From positions 13,129 through 77,128 of the forward strand of contig JAKAGU010000002.1 in the NCBI GenBank assembly GCA_021825655.1: a DNA stretch of 64,000 bases, given 5' to 3'. The position numbers were made by a program, and so were the translations under genes. Position 1 is the first letter of the stretch. Every line of letters starts with the position of its first letter. The notes below the pieces were generated by a model. It worked only from the letters and a program-made list of their open reading frames with translations. It was not told the origin of the DNA and ran no database searches. Below are positions 1-8,130 of this stretch, in pieces. Source of the DNA: a bacterium (GTDB taxonomy: Bacteria; Patescibacteriota; Doudnabacteria; UBA920).

Positions 1-729
1 GGTGGCACCAACTTTCTGGGTCGGTGCTCGGTTTACGCTGGTCATTTCGTACCACAAGTCACAACCCAATGCATCACCTTTTAATCCTGGGTCAAGCATA
101 TAGGCATTTGGGTCAACTGTGGGATTGGCATCGTGTACATACTTTGCCCAGTCCTGGGCGCATTCACCCTTAAAACAAGGGACGTGCAAATCTATGTCCC
201 AAGTCGTGCTGGGGTTGGCTTGCGTCAAGTGTCCAACCGCTTGTGTTTGGATACTTGTAGCATCTGTCCAGTCTGTAAGCGGACCATGAAAAGCCGGAAC
301 GCTGGTATCCGTATTCACATCGCTGGTTTTCGATAAGAAAGGACACAAAAGCGGCATTTCTTGATAATACTGGGGGCAAGCAAAGTTCCCATTTGCATCT
401 TCAGTTACAGGCACATATGTGGGCAAGTCACCACCAGCTGGATGAACCCCAAGCATGCACTTCGGCTTTTGCTTAATAACATAATCCACACCCAAGGCAC
501 CGGACTGGGTAAATGACTGAGACAAAGCCAAAGTCACGGGCTGGTGCAAAATTTCTTGCGGAAAAACCTGGCCAAAAGCCAAAGCTTCCGTGCTGATACT
601 GGTCGCGTTGTCGATGGTCGCGGTCACATTTACAATGTGAGCCTCGTACGCGGAGAACGCGGCGGCTCCGGCAAGCACAATGGCCACTGTGGCCACGGCA
701 ATACCGGAACGAGTTAATATTTTTTTCAT
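1..729 (-). CDS. Secreted protein with possible TasA/SipW-class N-terminus; 3' end runs off the window (not in the ORF track)
   Basis: Read manually from ATG at 729: MKKILTRSGIAVATVAIVLAGAAAFSAYEAHIVNVTATIDNATSISTEALAFGQVFPQE...KQKPKC...CPQ...LLCPFLSK...VPCFKGECAQDW...LGCDLWYE, 243 codons with no stop to base 1. Signal peptide followed by AFSAYEAH..NVTA motif; several Cys. Confidence 0.8.
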   Translation of the reverse strand, partial: MKKILTRSGIAVATVAIVLAGAAAFSAYEAHIVNVTATIDNATSISTEALAFGQVFPQEILHQPVTLALSQSFTQSGALGVDYVIKQKPKCMLGVHPAGGDLPTYVPVTEDANGNFACPQYYQEMPLLCPFLSKTSDVNTDTSVPAFHGPLTDWTDATSIQTQAVGHLTQANPSTTWDIDLHVPCFKGECAQDWAKYVHDANPTVDPNAYMLDPGLKGDALGCDLWYEMTSVNRAPTQKVGAT

Positions 730-749
730 AGTTGTGTAGTTAATTATTC

Positions 750-1303
750 TTTTCCTGCTCATTACCCTGCCTTTCTTTGGCAGGGTAGGCCTCCGATTTT
801 TTGTTGAGGGGCTATTTTTGCCTCTAACAAGGAGATGCTAATCTCCCTCCTCAGATTACCGACCCCTTGCTGGGGGCCTAATATGCAGGAAGTATTTTGT
901 TTTGCTGTCTTTCATCCCATGCACAAGTTTGAAACAAAGCCCTTAAACTGCTTGTACTATTAGATGAAAGGGTTGGGTAAGCTATCTCACTTCAGCCGGA
1001 GATACGCATACCGGACACTGAATGCTTATTTAAATAAGCATCGACCTTTCAATGTTATTGCCTTCAACTCCCCTCCTGTCTTAAAGTGAGGAAGTTGAGG
1101 GTAAAAATAAAGGCCCAATTAAACCCTTTCGGGCAATTAGGCCTTTTTTTCTACTCTCCTTAGTAAGTTGTGCCAACAAATTGGCATTCGGTATCTTTTA
1201 GAAAATCTACTTTATGCCGGTATAGTTGAAAGTCGGTGCCGGGGTTGCAAAAACACACTTTTTCTCATATTTATGAGAAAAATTGCCTTTTTGTTTTACT
1301 ATA
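750..1303 (-). ncRNA. Long, highly structured 5' leader or candidate ncRNA upstream of the 1..729 gene
   Basis: No long ORF. About ten stems, including 752-758/885-891, 763-788, 786-794/872-880, 801-830, 909-916/963-970, 976-1011, 1022-1041, 1061-1101, 1108-1146 (GAAA-capped on minus strand) and 1259-1282. Confidence 0.55.
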
Positions 1304-1310
1304 CCTTTAT

Positions 1311-1338
1311 ATTCTAACCCATTTTGTACACTTGTCAA
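1311..1338 (-). promoter_or_regulatory. Sigma70-type promoter for the 1..729 gene and its leader
   Basis: Minus strand TTGACA-N16-TAGAAT. Confidence 0.6.
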
Positions 1339-1396
1339 ATTCGATTTACAAATATGCGGTTTAACACAATTTTGGGCTTACTCAAAACCAAACTAC

Positions 1397-1446
1397 AAAA
1401 AACCGGGCTTGCCTTTTAACTCCACGCCTTTCCTCCCCGGTTTTTT
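1397..1446 (-). terminator. Probable terminator after the 1459..2406 gene
   Basis: AAAAAACCGGG...CCCGGTTTTTT inverted repeat with a large loop, just past the stop. Confidence 0.4.
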
Positions 1447-1458
1447 ACGAAAACGGTT

Positions 1459-2406
1459 TTAAAGTAATGGCTTCCTCTTTTTTAACGCCAAGAAAACCAA
1501 GACTAACAGCACCGCGCAGCCCGCGAGAATCGCCCAACCCTGCCTTGGCTCCCCGCCTCCGATGGCTGAGATGAAAGAACCCAAAACTTTGCCGCTGGCA
1601 ACATTTTTGTTCTCGAGACTGAAACGGAATTCATTTTTCTGCAGCGTTTCGCCGCCCACTAAAGTAGAAGCCTCTGCCAAATAACGCCCCGTCGGCTGAC
1701 CAGCTGTAGGCCATTCCTGCACAGGCATGGTTTTCCGCTCTCCGGGGTTAACCACGGCTTCGGCTTCCGGATAGGGATATATGGCGTTAAAAACTGTCTT
1801 TCCGTCGTCGCTGTTTATTATTTTCAGCTGAAAACTCGGCTTTAAGGCAATATTCCCAAGATTTTCATAGATAATTTTTATCTTTAAAGGATCCCCTTGT
1901 TTTACGTCGTACGATTCCGGAATTAAAGCCGTGTCGAGCTTAACAACTTCCTGGTCAGTTACTTTAATTTTTACCTGCCTGCTTACCATCTGGGCTATGG
2001 AAACGGAGCTCCCGTTTTCTTTTGGCCCATCCGCCGCCGCCTGTTTAACGAAAACCTCGCCGACATAATCACCGTTGGGGGTGGCATCGGGGACTTTTAT
2101 TTTTGCAATCACATCATAGTACGAAGTCGCCGGGACATTTACTTTTGTGATTGGGGTGTCCGGTTTTCCTTTTTCAAAAAAAGTAACCCAGCCTTTTATT
2201 CCGCCGTCGCTGCCGAACAGATAAACGGCTTCGGTTTTTTGAGGATTAAAAACCGTTACGGTTTTGGAAACCTCCCCTCCCCTTAGCATGCTGTCAATTA
2301 CTATGGGTTCGGTAATCATACCTATGGCGGCGGCGCTTCCGGCCTTACCCGCAAGGCTTAAAAGCAAAGCCAAAACCACAACTTGGAAAAAACGTATTTT
2401 ATGCAT
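1459..2406 (-). CDS. Secreted, C-terminally anchored beta-sandwich protein, DUF916/DUF3324 (WxL-interacting protein)-like
   Basis: Signal peptide; IKVPDATPNGDYVGEVFV, YENLGNIALKP and GRYLAEASTL segments; C-terminal TM helix with basic tail KKRKPLL. Confidence 0.6.
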   Translation of the reverse strand: MHKIRFFQVVVLALLLSLAGKAGSAAAIGMITEPIVIDSMLRGGEVSKTVTVFNPQKTEAVYLFGSDGGIKGWVTFFEKGKPDTPITKVNVPATSYYDVIAKIKVPDATPNGDYVGEVFVKQAAADGPKENGSSVSIAQMVSRQVKIKVTDQEVVKLDTALIPESYDVKQGDPLKIKIIYENLGNIALKPSFQLKIINSDDGKTVFNAIYPYPEAEAVVNPGERKTMPVQEWPTAGQPTGRYLAEASTLVGGETLQKNEFRFSLENKNVASGKVLGSFISAIGGGEPRQGWAILAGCAVLLVLVFLALKKRKPLL

Positions 2407-2487
2407 ATAAAATAATTAGTTTTTAAAAGTTAACGGGCTGTGCCATAAATTTAACACGGCCATAAAAACAAAGGTTTAATTTTTATA

Positions 2488-3828
2488 TTAATTCGCATTT
2501 CTCTTTTCCTTATCTGCGCCGTGTTTCTGGATTGCCTCGCAAGAAATCTGACCAACTTTTTTAGCGTCGAGGATCATTTTTCCCGAATAAACCCCAGTGC
2601 CGTCCTGGGGAAAACCCAATACTTCAACGGCAAAATCTATGGGGTAGGTTTCCCCCAGTTCCAGAACTTCACCGACAGAACCGATCTCATTAGGCCAATA
2701 ATTTGTCCAGGCTGAGCCGGGCCCAATCCGGGAAGCATACTTTATGTTCCAAGCGCTGCCGGCTTTGCCCAAGCCCATATCGTCCTGTTGGATTTGTATT
2801 TGTAATCTGGTGTTCCCCACGTTTCTGAGAGTAGCCCGATTTTCGGTTTTAGTTTCCTGCCAGACGGCATCCCCTTCAACAACCTTTTTGGAGCCCAATT
2901 CCACTTTTCCATAATTTAGGCTGGCGAAATCATTTTCAAAAGCTGTAAGCTCTAAATATTTGAAAGTCCCGGAAAAGCTGTTACCAAGCCGCTCTCCTTT
3001 GTCCTTGCCAAAAATTGAAGCGCTATAACTGCCCGAGGGGTCGTTATATTGCAGCTCGTAATCCGAGCAAAAAACCGCGGCGGCTTCTTTCTGCAAAGCC
3101 CCTTCCTGGCCGCAAATCTCATCAAAGCCCGAGGCGTTGTTAAATTCCGGCAAGCTAGAATTTTGTGCCCGGATCTTATCGCAAAAAAGACTCAAGCCGT
3201 CCGCTTTTGCCAAACGTGACATCGGCTTCCGAGTTTCTATTTGCCCCCCGCAACTTTTTCCCCCGTCTTTCGCCTTGCCTTCCAAGTTATCCGTTGGGTA
3301 CTGGACTTCGCTAAAAACCGATTCCGAACCAATCACCCCCTTAGGCTGGGACACAATTGCGCAAACCGAAAACGGCTTGCTAACCTGAAACCGGCCTGAG
3401 GGCAAAAACTGGGCTCCCGCGTCCGTGTTGTCGTCTGTTCCCAGCAAAGCAGCCCCCGGTCCGTGCATTTCCCAAAGCGCTTCGATTGACAGAGGCCCGC
3501 CTGTTCCCTGCGGGGTTTTTGCTTCCATAAACCTGGTGCCAATGCTTTCCAATGTGTCTGTCGAAGCAGACGCAGGCTCGGGCTCTGCACCCAAAAGCGG
3601 CGTGGCTGTCGAGGCGGAACCCGGTTCGGTAATTAAGGTCGTAGTTGGTTCCACCGGAGGTTCAGGCGCCGGGATAAACTCGGGCGCTATAGCCGGCTCT
3701 GCGGCCGGCTCTAAAGGAGGCGTGGACGTCGCCGTGTCTTCGGCCCTCGTTAAAACAGGCCAGGCTGGTAAATTTATCAGCGCCATAATTGCAAACACTG
3801 AAATTATTTTTTTCATAAAATAACCCAT
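2488..3828 (-). CDS. Secreted Cys-containing protein with Pro/Thr/Glu-rich linker; paralog of 4060..5196
   Basis: Signal peptide, PEPP/TTT linker, then AGAQFLPSG, DGLSLFC, DEICG..GALQKEAAAVFC, YLELTAFENDF and RNVGNTRL..QQDDMGLGK motifs shared with the neighbour. Confidence 0.8.
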   Translation of the reverse strand: MGYFMKKIISVFAIMALINLPAWPVLTRAEDTATSTPPLEPAAEPAIAPEFIPAPEPPVEPTTTLITEPGSASTATPLLGAEPEPASASTDTLESIGTRFMEAKTPQGTGGPLSIEALWEMHGPGAALLGTDDNTDAGAQFLPSGRFQVSKPFSVCAIVSQPKGVIGSESVFSEVQYPTDNLEGKAKDGGKSCGGQIETRKPMSRLAKADGLSLFCDKIRAQNSSLPEFNNASGFDEICGQEGALQKEAAAVFCSDYELQYNDPSGSYSASIFGKDKGERLGNSFSGTFKYLELTAFENDFASLNYGKVELGSKKVVEGDAVWQETKTENRATLRNVGNTRLQIQIQQDDMGLGKAGSAWNIKYASRIGPGSAWTNYWPNEIGSVGEVLELGETYPIDFAVEVLGFPQDGTGVYSGKMILDAKKVGQISCEAIQKHGADKEKRNAN

Positions 3829-4059
3829 CCTTTCCTCCGTAAGTGCCGAGGAAATTTAAAGGATGCCCCCTAATTTAATTCCCGATTATTTTATTCTGAT
3901 CTTATTTCAAAAATCAGTAATTTTCTTGTCCGCTGGGAGAAACCCAAAGCTTAATCAGGCCTCTTTATAAAATTGTCCTAAAGTTTGGTTTTTAAACTTC
4001 GACTTTCTCCCAAGGGGACAAGGGTCCCCTTAGTGGCAAAACAGCTCGCTAACTCAACT

Positions 4060-5196
4060 TTAAGGTGCTGTTGCGCAAGCCAGAGGAGGCTCGCTTGCAG
4101 CGCTCAAGGTCATAGTGCCGGTATAGGTGTCCCCGACGTGAGTCGGCGGGAATTTGGATACGTAAATGGAGAAATCCATTTCATCCAATTGGGACAGATT
4201 TAAAGGATTCAGCAACTGTGTGAGCGTATCCGGATCGTAATGCGCCCAAGTGGCATTACTGCCGACCCTGGCGTCATACCTTACGTTCCAAAGGCCATTG
4301 GTTTTGCCAAAGCCCATATCGTCCTGCTGCACCTTCATGGACAATCTAGTGTTGCCCACATTCCTGACCGATGCCTTGCCCTGGTTTACGGCATCCCAGG
4401 TCAAGTCGCCGCTGATAATCTTATCGGTGGCCAATCTGACATTACCGTAACCAACGGAAGTAAAGTCGGTTTCAAAAGCTGTCAAAGGAAGATAAGTAAA
4501 CTGATTTTCTAACCTTCCCTGCAAGCCGACTTTGTCCTGGACTACTGACCAGACCTTATAATCACCAGCTGTATCTTCGTAAGAGAGGTCTTTCGTAACG
4601 CAATAAACCGCCGCAGTTTCTTTTTGCAGTTCACCGTCAGTCTTACAGATTTCGTCGTAGTTATAGCCGCTGGCAAAGGTTGCCAGGTTGTTGTTATTGT
4701 TCCTTACCTGGTTGCAGAAAAGCTCAATCCCGTCCGCCTTGGACAGCTGGATTAATTTATCTTCCTGCATTAAGTTGCCGCACGCCAAACCAGACTGGCC
4801 TGGCAGCGGGACATGGCTTGAGCCCAGAGCAATCCCCTCTGGGTAGAAGACATCGCCATAAACCGCCCCGGGGGCTGTGGTTACGTCAGCCAAACCGTCC
4901 GGATCCGTGACAACAGAACAAAGAGCAATGTTTGTGTTCGTGTCCTTTATGCCTGAGGGAACAAACTGCGCGCCAGCTGTAGTTTGTTCGTCCGTATAAT
5001 AGCCGGTAACAGGCAAAGGTGTACCTGTGCCCTTATTGGTGGCGCCATACGCTTCCCATTTTGCTTTCACAATGGGAGCTGAGCCGCCGCTTGTATCACG
5101 CGTTAAACCAGTAGTAACATTGCCGGCCGAAGCTGGCCCAGACGTCATGGCAAATAGGGATGCCACTGTTACTAGGGTATAAATTCTTTTAATCAT
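4060..5196 (-). CDS. Secreted Cys-containing protein; paralog of 2488..3828
   Basis: Signal peptide ending ASA; AGAQFVPSG, DGIELFC, DEICK..GELQKETAAVYC, YLPLTAFETDF, RNVGNTRL..QQDDMGFGK; C-terminal YTGTMTLSA strand. Confidence 0.85.
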   Translation of the reverse strand: MIKRIYTLVTVASLFAMTSGPASAGNVTTGLTRDTSGGSAPIVKAKWEAYGATNKGTGTPLPVTGYYTDEQTTAGAQFVPSGIKDTNTNIALCSVVTDPDGLADVTTAPGAVYGDVFYPEGIALGSSHVPLPGQSGLACGNLMQEDKLIQLSKADGIELFCNQVRNNNNNLATFASGYNYDEICKTDGELQKETAAVYCVTKDLSYEDTAGDYKVWSVVQDKVGLQGRLENQFTYLPLTAFETDFTSVGYGNVRLATDKIISGDLTWDAVNQGKASVRNVGNTRLSMKVQQDDMGFGKTNGLWNVRYDARVGSNATWAHYDPDTLTQLLNPLNLSQLDEMDFSIYVSKFPPTHVGDTYTGTMTLSAASEPPLACATAP

Positions 5197-5545
5197 ATAT
5201 TTAGCAAGTAGTTATTAATTTTTTGTATTCGATCTTGTTACGAGACCTAGATTAAGTCCCGAACAGAGGTCATGACCATCCGCTGCAGCTTTAACCCTTT
5301 TTAGGGAACTCACAGCGGATGAAAGTTTTGTATTCCTCCCCCTCCCGGAGAAGTCCGACCTTTTAAATACAAACAAATATGCCCAAACGAGCAGCTGCAT
5401 TTTTCCTATTGGACGAAAATGTTTGTACTTAATGCCTCACGCATTCCCTCCCCGGCTTATGCGCGAAGCGGCTGCTTAGCTGCAGGGGCCGGGGCAAAAG
5501 CCTCCGCTTTTGCCTCCGACATTTGCAGCCAAGCTCTTTACAAAT
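5197..5545 (-). ncRNA. Structured 5' leader of the 4060..5196 gene
   Basis: Stems 5277-5285/5313-5321 (perfect 9 bp), 5368-5375/5420-5427 and 5474-5534; no convincing ORF. Confidence 0.45.
5480..5528 (-). repeat. Hairpin repeat, copy A
   Basis: ctgcaggggccggggcaaaagcctccgcttttgcctccgacatttgcag, near-identical to 6181-6228. Confidence 0.8.
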
Positions 5546-5601
5546 AAAAAACACGCCTTTGCCGGGTATTCCATAACGAACACCCGGCTTCAGACGCGTG
5601 T
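5546..5601 (-). terminator. Long terminator or attenuator hairpin after the 5607..5993 gene
   Basis: Minus strand ACACGC..GCCGGGT..ACCCGGC..GCGTGT followed by TTTTT. Confidence 0.65.
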
Positions 5602-5606
5602 AAAGA

Positions 5607-5993
5607 TTATAGTCGCAAATTGGCGGATTTGGGCTGCAATAGCCCGGAGGCTAAAACGGGAAGCTGGCTCAAATTTTCACAAAATTCCCTAACGGTTTTT
5701 ACGCACCCAAAAGCAAACGAAAATATTTTTGCGCTTAAAAAAATTGAAACCTTTTTCAAAAGAATTACTGCCGCGGAAACCAAGCCCACGGCTGTGACAA
5801 AGTAACCAGCGGCCCTTTCTTCAGCGGCCGCCTCTATGCCGAAGCAGGTCTGGGTATCGTCAATCACCAGACCCGACAGACAGGTCTGGGAAAAGAGGGA
5901 AAGCGAAAAACTGCAAAAAACAACCGTAAAAGAAATAACGAATGCGGTTTGGTATTTTTTCAACCAGCTAAAAATTGGCATGGTGGTTGGCAT
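5607..5993 (-). CDS. Small two-TM membrane protein with a Cys pair and C-terminal SGLLQPK segment
   Basis: 128-aa ORF with two hydrophobic segments; upstream TTGACA-N17-CATGCT promoter at about 6015-6043. Confidence 0.6.
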   Translation of the reverse strand: MPTTMPIFSWLKKYQTAFVISFTVVFCSFSLSLFSQTCLSGLVIDDTQTCFGIEAAAEERAAGYFVTAVGLVSAAVILLKKVSIFLSAKIFSFAFGCVKTVREFCENLSQLPVLASGLLQPKSANLRL

Positions 5994-6180
5994 AAATAAC
6001 CGCTTATGTATTAAGCATGGCCCTATATTGGGTAGATGTCAAGAAACGGATCCTTGCGCCTGTTTTTTAAACCCCTTATAAATACGCGATATTTTGACTC
6101 ATTGTGGAAGCTTTGTGGATTAACCTGTGCATTGGCTGTGATTATTTAACAAAAATTTTGTTAGCTTTAAAAAAAATCTA

Positions 6181-6228
6181 CTGCAATGGCCGGGGCAAAA
6201 GCCCTGCTTTCGCCTCCGACAGTTGCAG
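6181..6228 (-). repeat. Hairpin repeat, copy B
   Basis: ctgcaatggccggggcaaaagccctgctttcgcctccgacagttgcag; same orientation as copy A. Confidence 0.8.
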
Positions 6229-6320
6229 TAGAAAAATATTCACAAGGATAAAACCTTGGCTATGGCATAGGATATTACGCGGATTGCGCAAAATTATTTC
6301 AGCAAATTTCTTTTTATAAT

Positions 6321-6352
6321 AAAAACCCCGCACTGCATGCGGGATTTTTTTT
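6321..6352. terminator. Intrinsic terminator, bidirectional-looking
   Basis: AAAAACCCCGCA-CTGCA-TGCGGGA-TTTTTTT just past the SRPBCC stop. Confidence 0.7.
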
Positions 6353-6368
6353 AACTCGGCATAAACTC

Positions 6369-6758
6369 CTACCTATCCAAAAGCTTCTTTAACGGTTCCC
6401 AATAATAATCCTTCCAACCCTGGGCAATATCCGCGGCTTTGTCGTCGGGTACGCTGATTTGAGTAAAGTTCAAAACCGTATTTTTGCCCGCTTTTTTGAA
6501 TTCATAAATCGCCGTGGAATAATGCCCCTTGGGCCAATCCTCGTAGCGCCAGGTCTGGATAATTTTTGCGCCCGGCTCCAGCACCAGGTTCTGGCCCTCA
6601 ACAGCGCCGCCGTAAGCCGTAAACCTGTCCCCGGCTTTGGCCGTCATTTTGACCTTGTCGCCAATCAGCTTAGTGTGTTTTTTGGCATCAGCCAAATAAT
6701 CATAAACCTCTTTAGGCGTGCCCTTAAAAATTATGGTCTGCTTGATAGTTTTAGCCAT
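6369..6758 (-). CDS. SRPBCC / Aha1-like domain protein
   Basis: MAKTIKQTIIF..TPKEVY..L, GDRFTAYGG, KIIQTWR..DWP, GWKDYYWEPLK. Start moved to ATG 6758 to avoid overlap with pyrD. Confidence 0.85.
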   Translation of the reverse strand: MAKTIKQTIIFKGTPKEVYDYLADAKKHTKLIGDKVKMTAKAGDRFTAYGGAVEGQNLVLEPGAKIIQTWRYEDWPKGHYSTAIYEFKKAGKNTVLNFTQISVPDDKAADIAQGWKDYYWEPLKKLLDR

Positions 6759-6768
6759 AAAAAATAAT

Positions 6769-7911
6769 TTAATTGCTTTTCGGTTTAAAATCCGCACCCA
6801 CGGCTTCTATGATGCTGGCAAAGCCGTCCCTTTTGAGGAGTCCGACCAAATCGTGGTTAATCAGGCCGATAATTTCCGGGCCTTCAAAAATCATGCCAGT
6901 AATCATTTGGATAAGCGAGGCGCCCAGCCGGATTTTTTTGTAAGCATCGGCCGCACTAAACACCCCGCCGCAGCCGATAATTACGAATTCTTTGCCTGCC
7001 TTTTTATAAATATAAGCAATCTGTTCGTTGGCCAAATCTTCCACCACTTTGCCCGAGATGCCGCCTTTTTCCGGTAACTTATCTTCCGCGCTGATTTTGC
7101 CGTTGTTGCGCTGCTTGGTCAGATTGGTGGAAACAAACCCGGTAACCTTATACTTGCGGGCCACGGCCAAAATTTCATCCAGTGCGTCCGTGGAAAGGTC
7201 GGCCGGCATTTTAATGAACACCGGCTTTTTTTTGCCGCCGATATCCAGGGCGGCGAGCAGGCGGTCCAGTTTGACCGGATCCGTAAACGGCTCCCCGCCA
7301 AAAGCGTTAGGGCAGGAAATGTTTATGGTAAAGTAATCCCCCACCCCCTCCGCCGCAAAAGTCTTGTAAGCCTTGAGGTAGTCCGCAATGCCTTTTTGCT
7401 CTTCTACAGTGTCCGGTGAATTGGCCTTAGCCAAACTTATGCCCACGGGAAAGCTAAATTTCATTTTTTTCAAACGCTGGGAAATGGCTTCGCTGCCATC
7501 GTTCTTTAGGCCGTAGTTCACAACCAGGGCCCGGGACTTAGGCAAGCGCCACAGCCAGGGGCGCGGATTGCCGTTGCATGCCACCCCCGTTACGCTGCCC
7601 GCTTCCATAAAACCAAAACCCACTTCCGGCAAAATCTGGGTAAGCTGCGCCTCCTTGTCAAACCCCGCAGCCAGGCCAATGGGGTTTTTAAAGGTCAGCC
7701 CGGCCACCTTTTGTTCCAGCATGTGATGCTGGTAGAAAAACAGCCAGCGCACCAGGCTACGGCTCCAGGCATGCTTGCCCAAAAAATGACCTACGCGCAC
7801 CATGCGCTCGTGCACTGTTTCGGGGTCCTGCAGGAAAAAGATTTCCTTAAGTATGTATTTGTACTTAAACCGGATTACGGCGGCCTTCAGCCTGAACCAC
7901 GCATCTTTCAT
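6769..7911 (-). CDS. pyrD: Quinone-dependent dihydroorotate dehydrogenase (class 2)
   Basis: DPETVHE, NPIGLAAGFDK, GNPRP, INISCPN, GGISGK, IGCGGV, GASLIQ. Confidence 0.95.
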   Translation of the reverse strand: MKDAWFRLKAAVIRFKYKYILKEIFFLQDPETVHERMVRVGHFLGKHAWSRSLVRWLFFYQHHMLEQKVAGLTFKNPIGLAAGFDKEAQLTQILPEVGFGFMEAGSVTGVACNGNPRPWLWRLPKSRALVVNYGLKNDGSEAISQRLKKMKFSFPVGISLAKANSPDTVEEQKGIADYLKAYKTFAAEGVGDYFTINISCPNAFGGEPFTDPVKLDRLLAALDIGGKKKPVFIKMPADLSTDALDEILAVARKYKVTGFVSTNLTKQRNNGKISAEDKLPEKGGISGKVVEDLANEQIAYIYKKAGKEFVIIGCGGVFSAADAYKKIRLGASLIQMITGMIFEGPEIIGLINHDLVGLLKRDGFASIIEAVGADFKPKSN

Positions 7912-8129
7912 TGGGTTTTATCCTTAATGTCTTCAATAAACAACACGCCCGCGCTGTCGCGGCACTGCCGGGGGTAGCTTTCCATGACAGGGTAGCCCGC
8001 TGCCGCGCACGCCTGAAAACTGCTTACCGGCGGCTTGGTTTTAGGCTTTTTTAGCATGGGGTACACGGCCAAAAAAATCGCGGCAAACGCAAGCAGCAGA
8101 GAAAAAAGCGTGACAATGACCCGCCTCAT
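7908..8129 (-). CDS. Small membrane-anchored protein with FxxCxxxGYPVMESYPRQC motif
   Basis: N-terminal TM, two Cys; 4-nt overlap with the pyrD start. Confidence 0.75.
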   Translation of the reverse strand: MRRVIVTLFSLLLAFAAIFLAVYPMLKKPKTKPPVSSFQACAAAGYPVMESYPRQCRDSAGVLFIEDIKDKTQ

Positions 8130-8130
8130 A

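Noticed and set aside
730-1303. Known riboswitch (c-di-GMP-I, T-box, SAM, TPP) or self-splicing intron
   Set aside because: The required consensus elements were not found by eye. Kept only as an unclassified structured RNA.
6060-6320. Replication origin
   Set aside because: The boxes are degenerate and dnaA/dnaN are absent from the window; cannot be supported without skew data.
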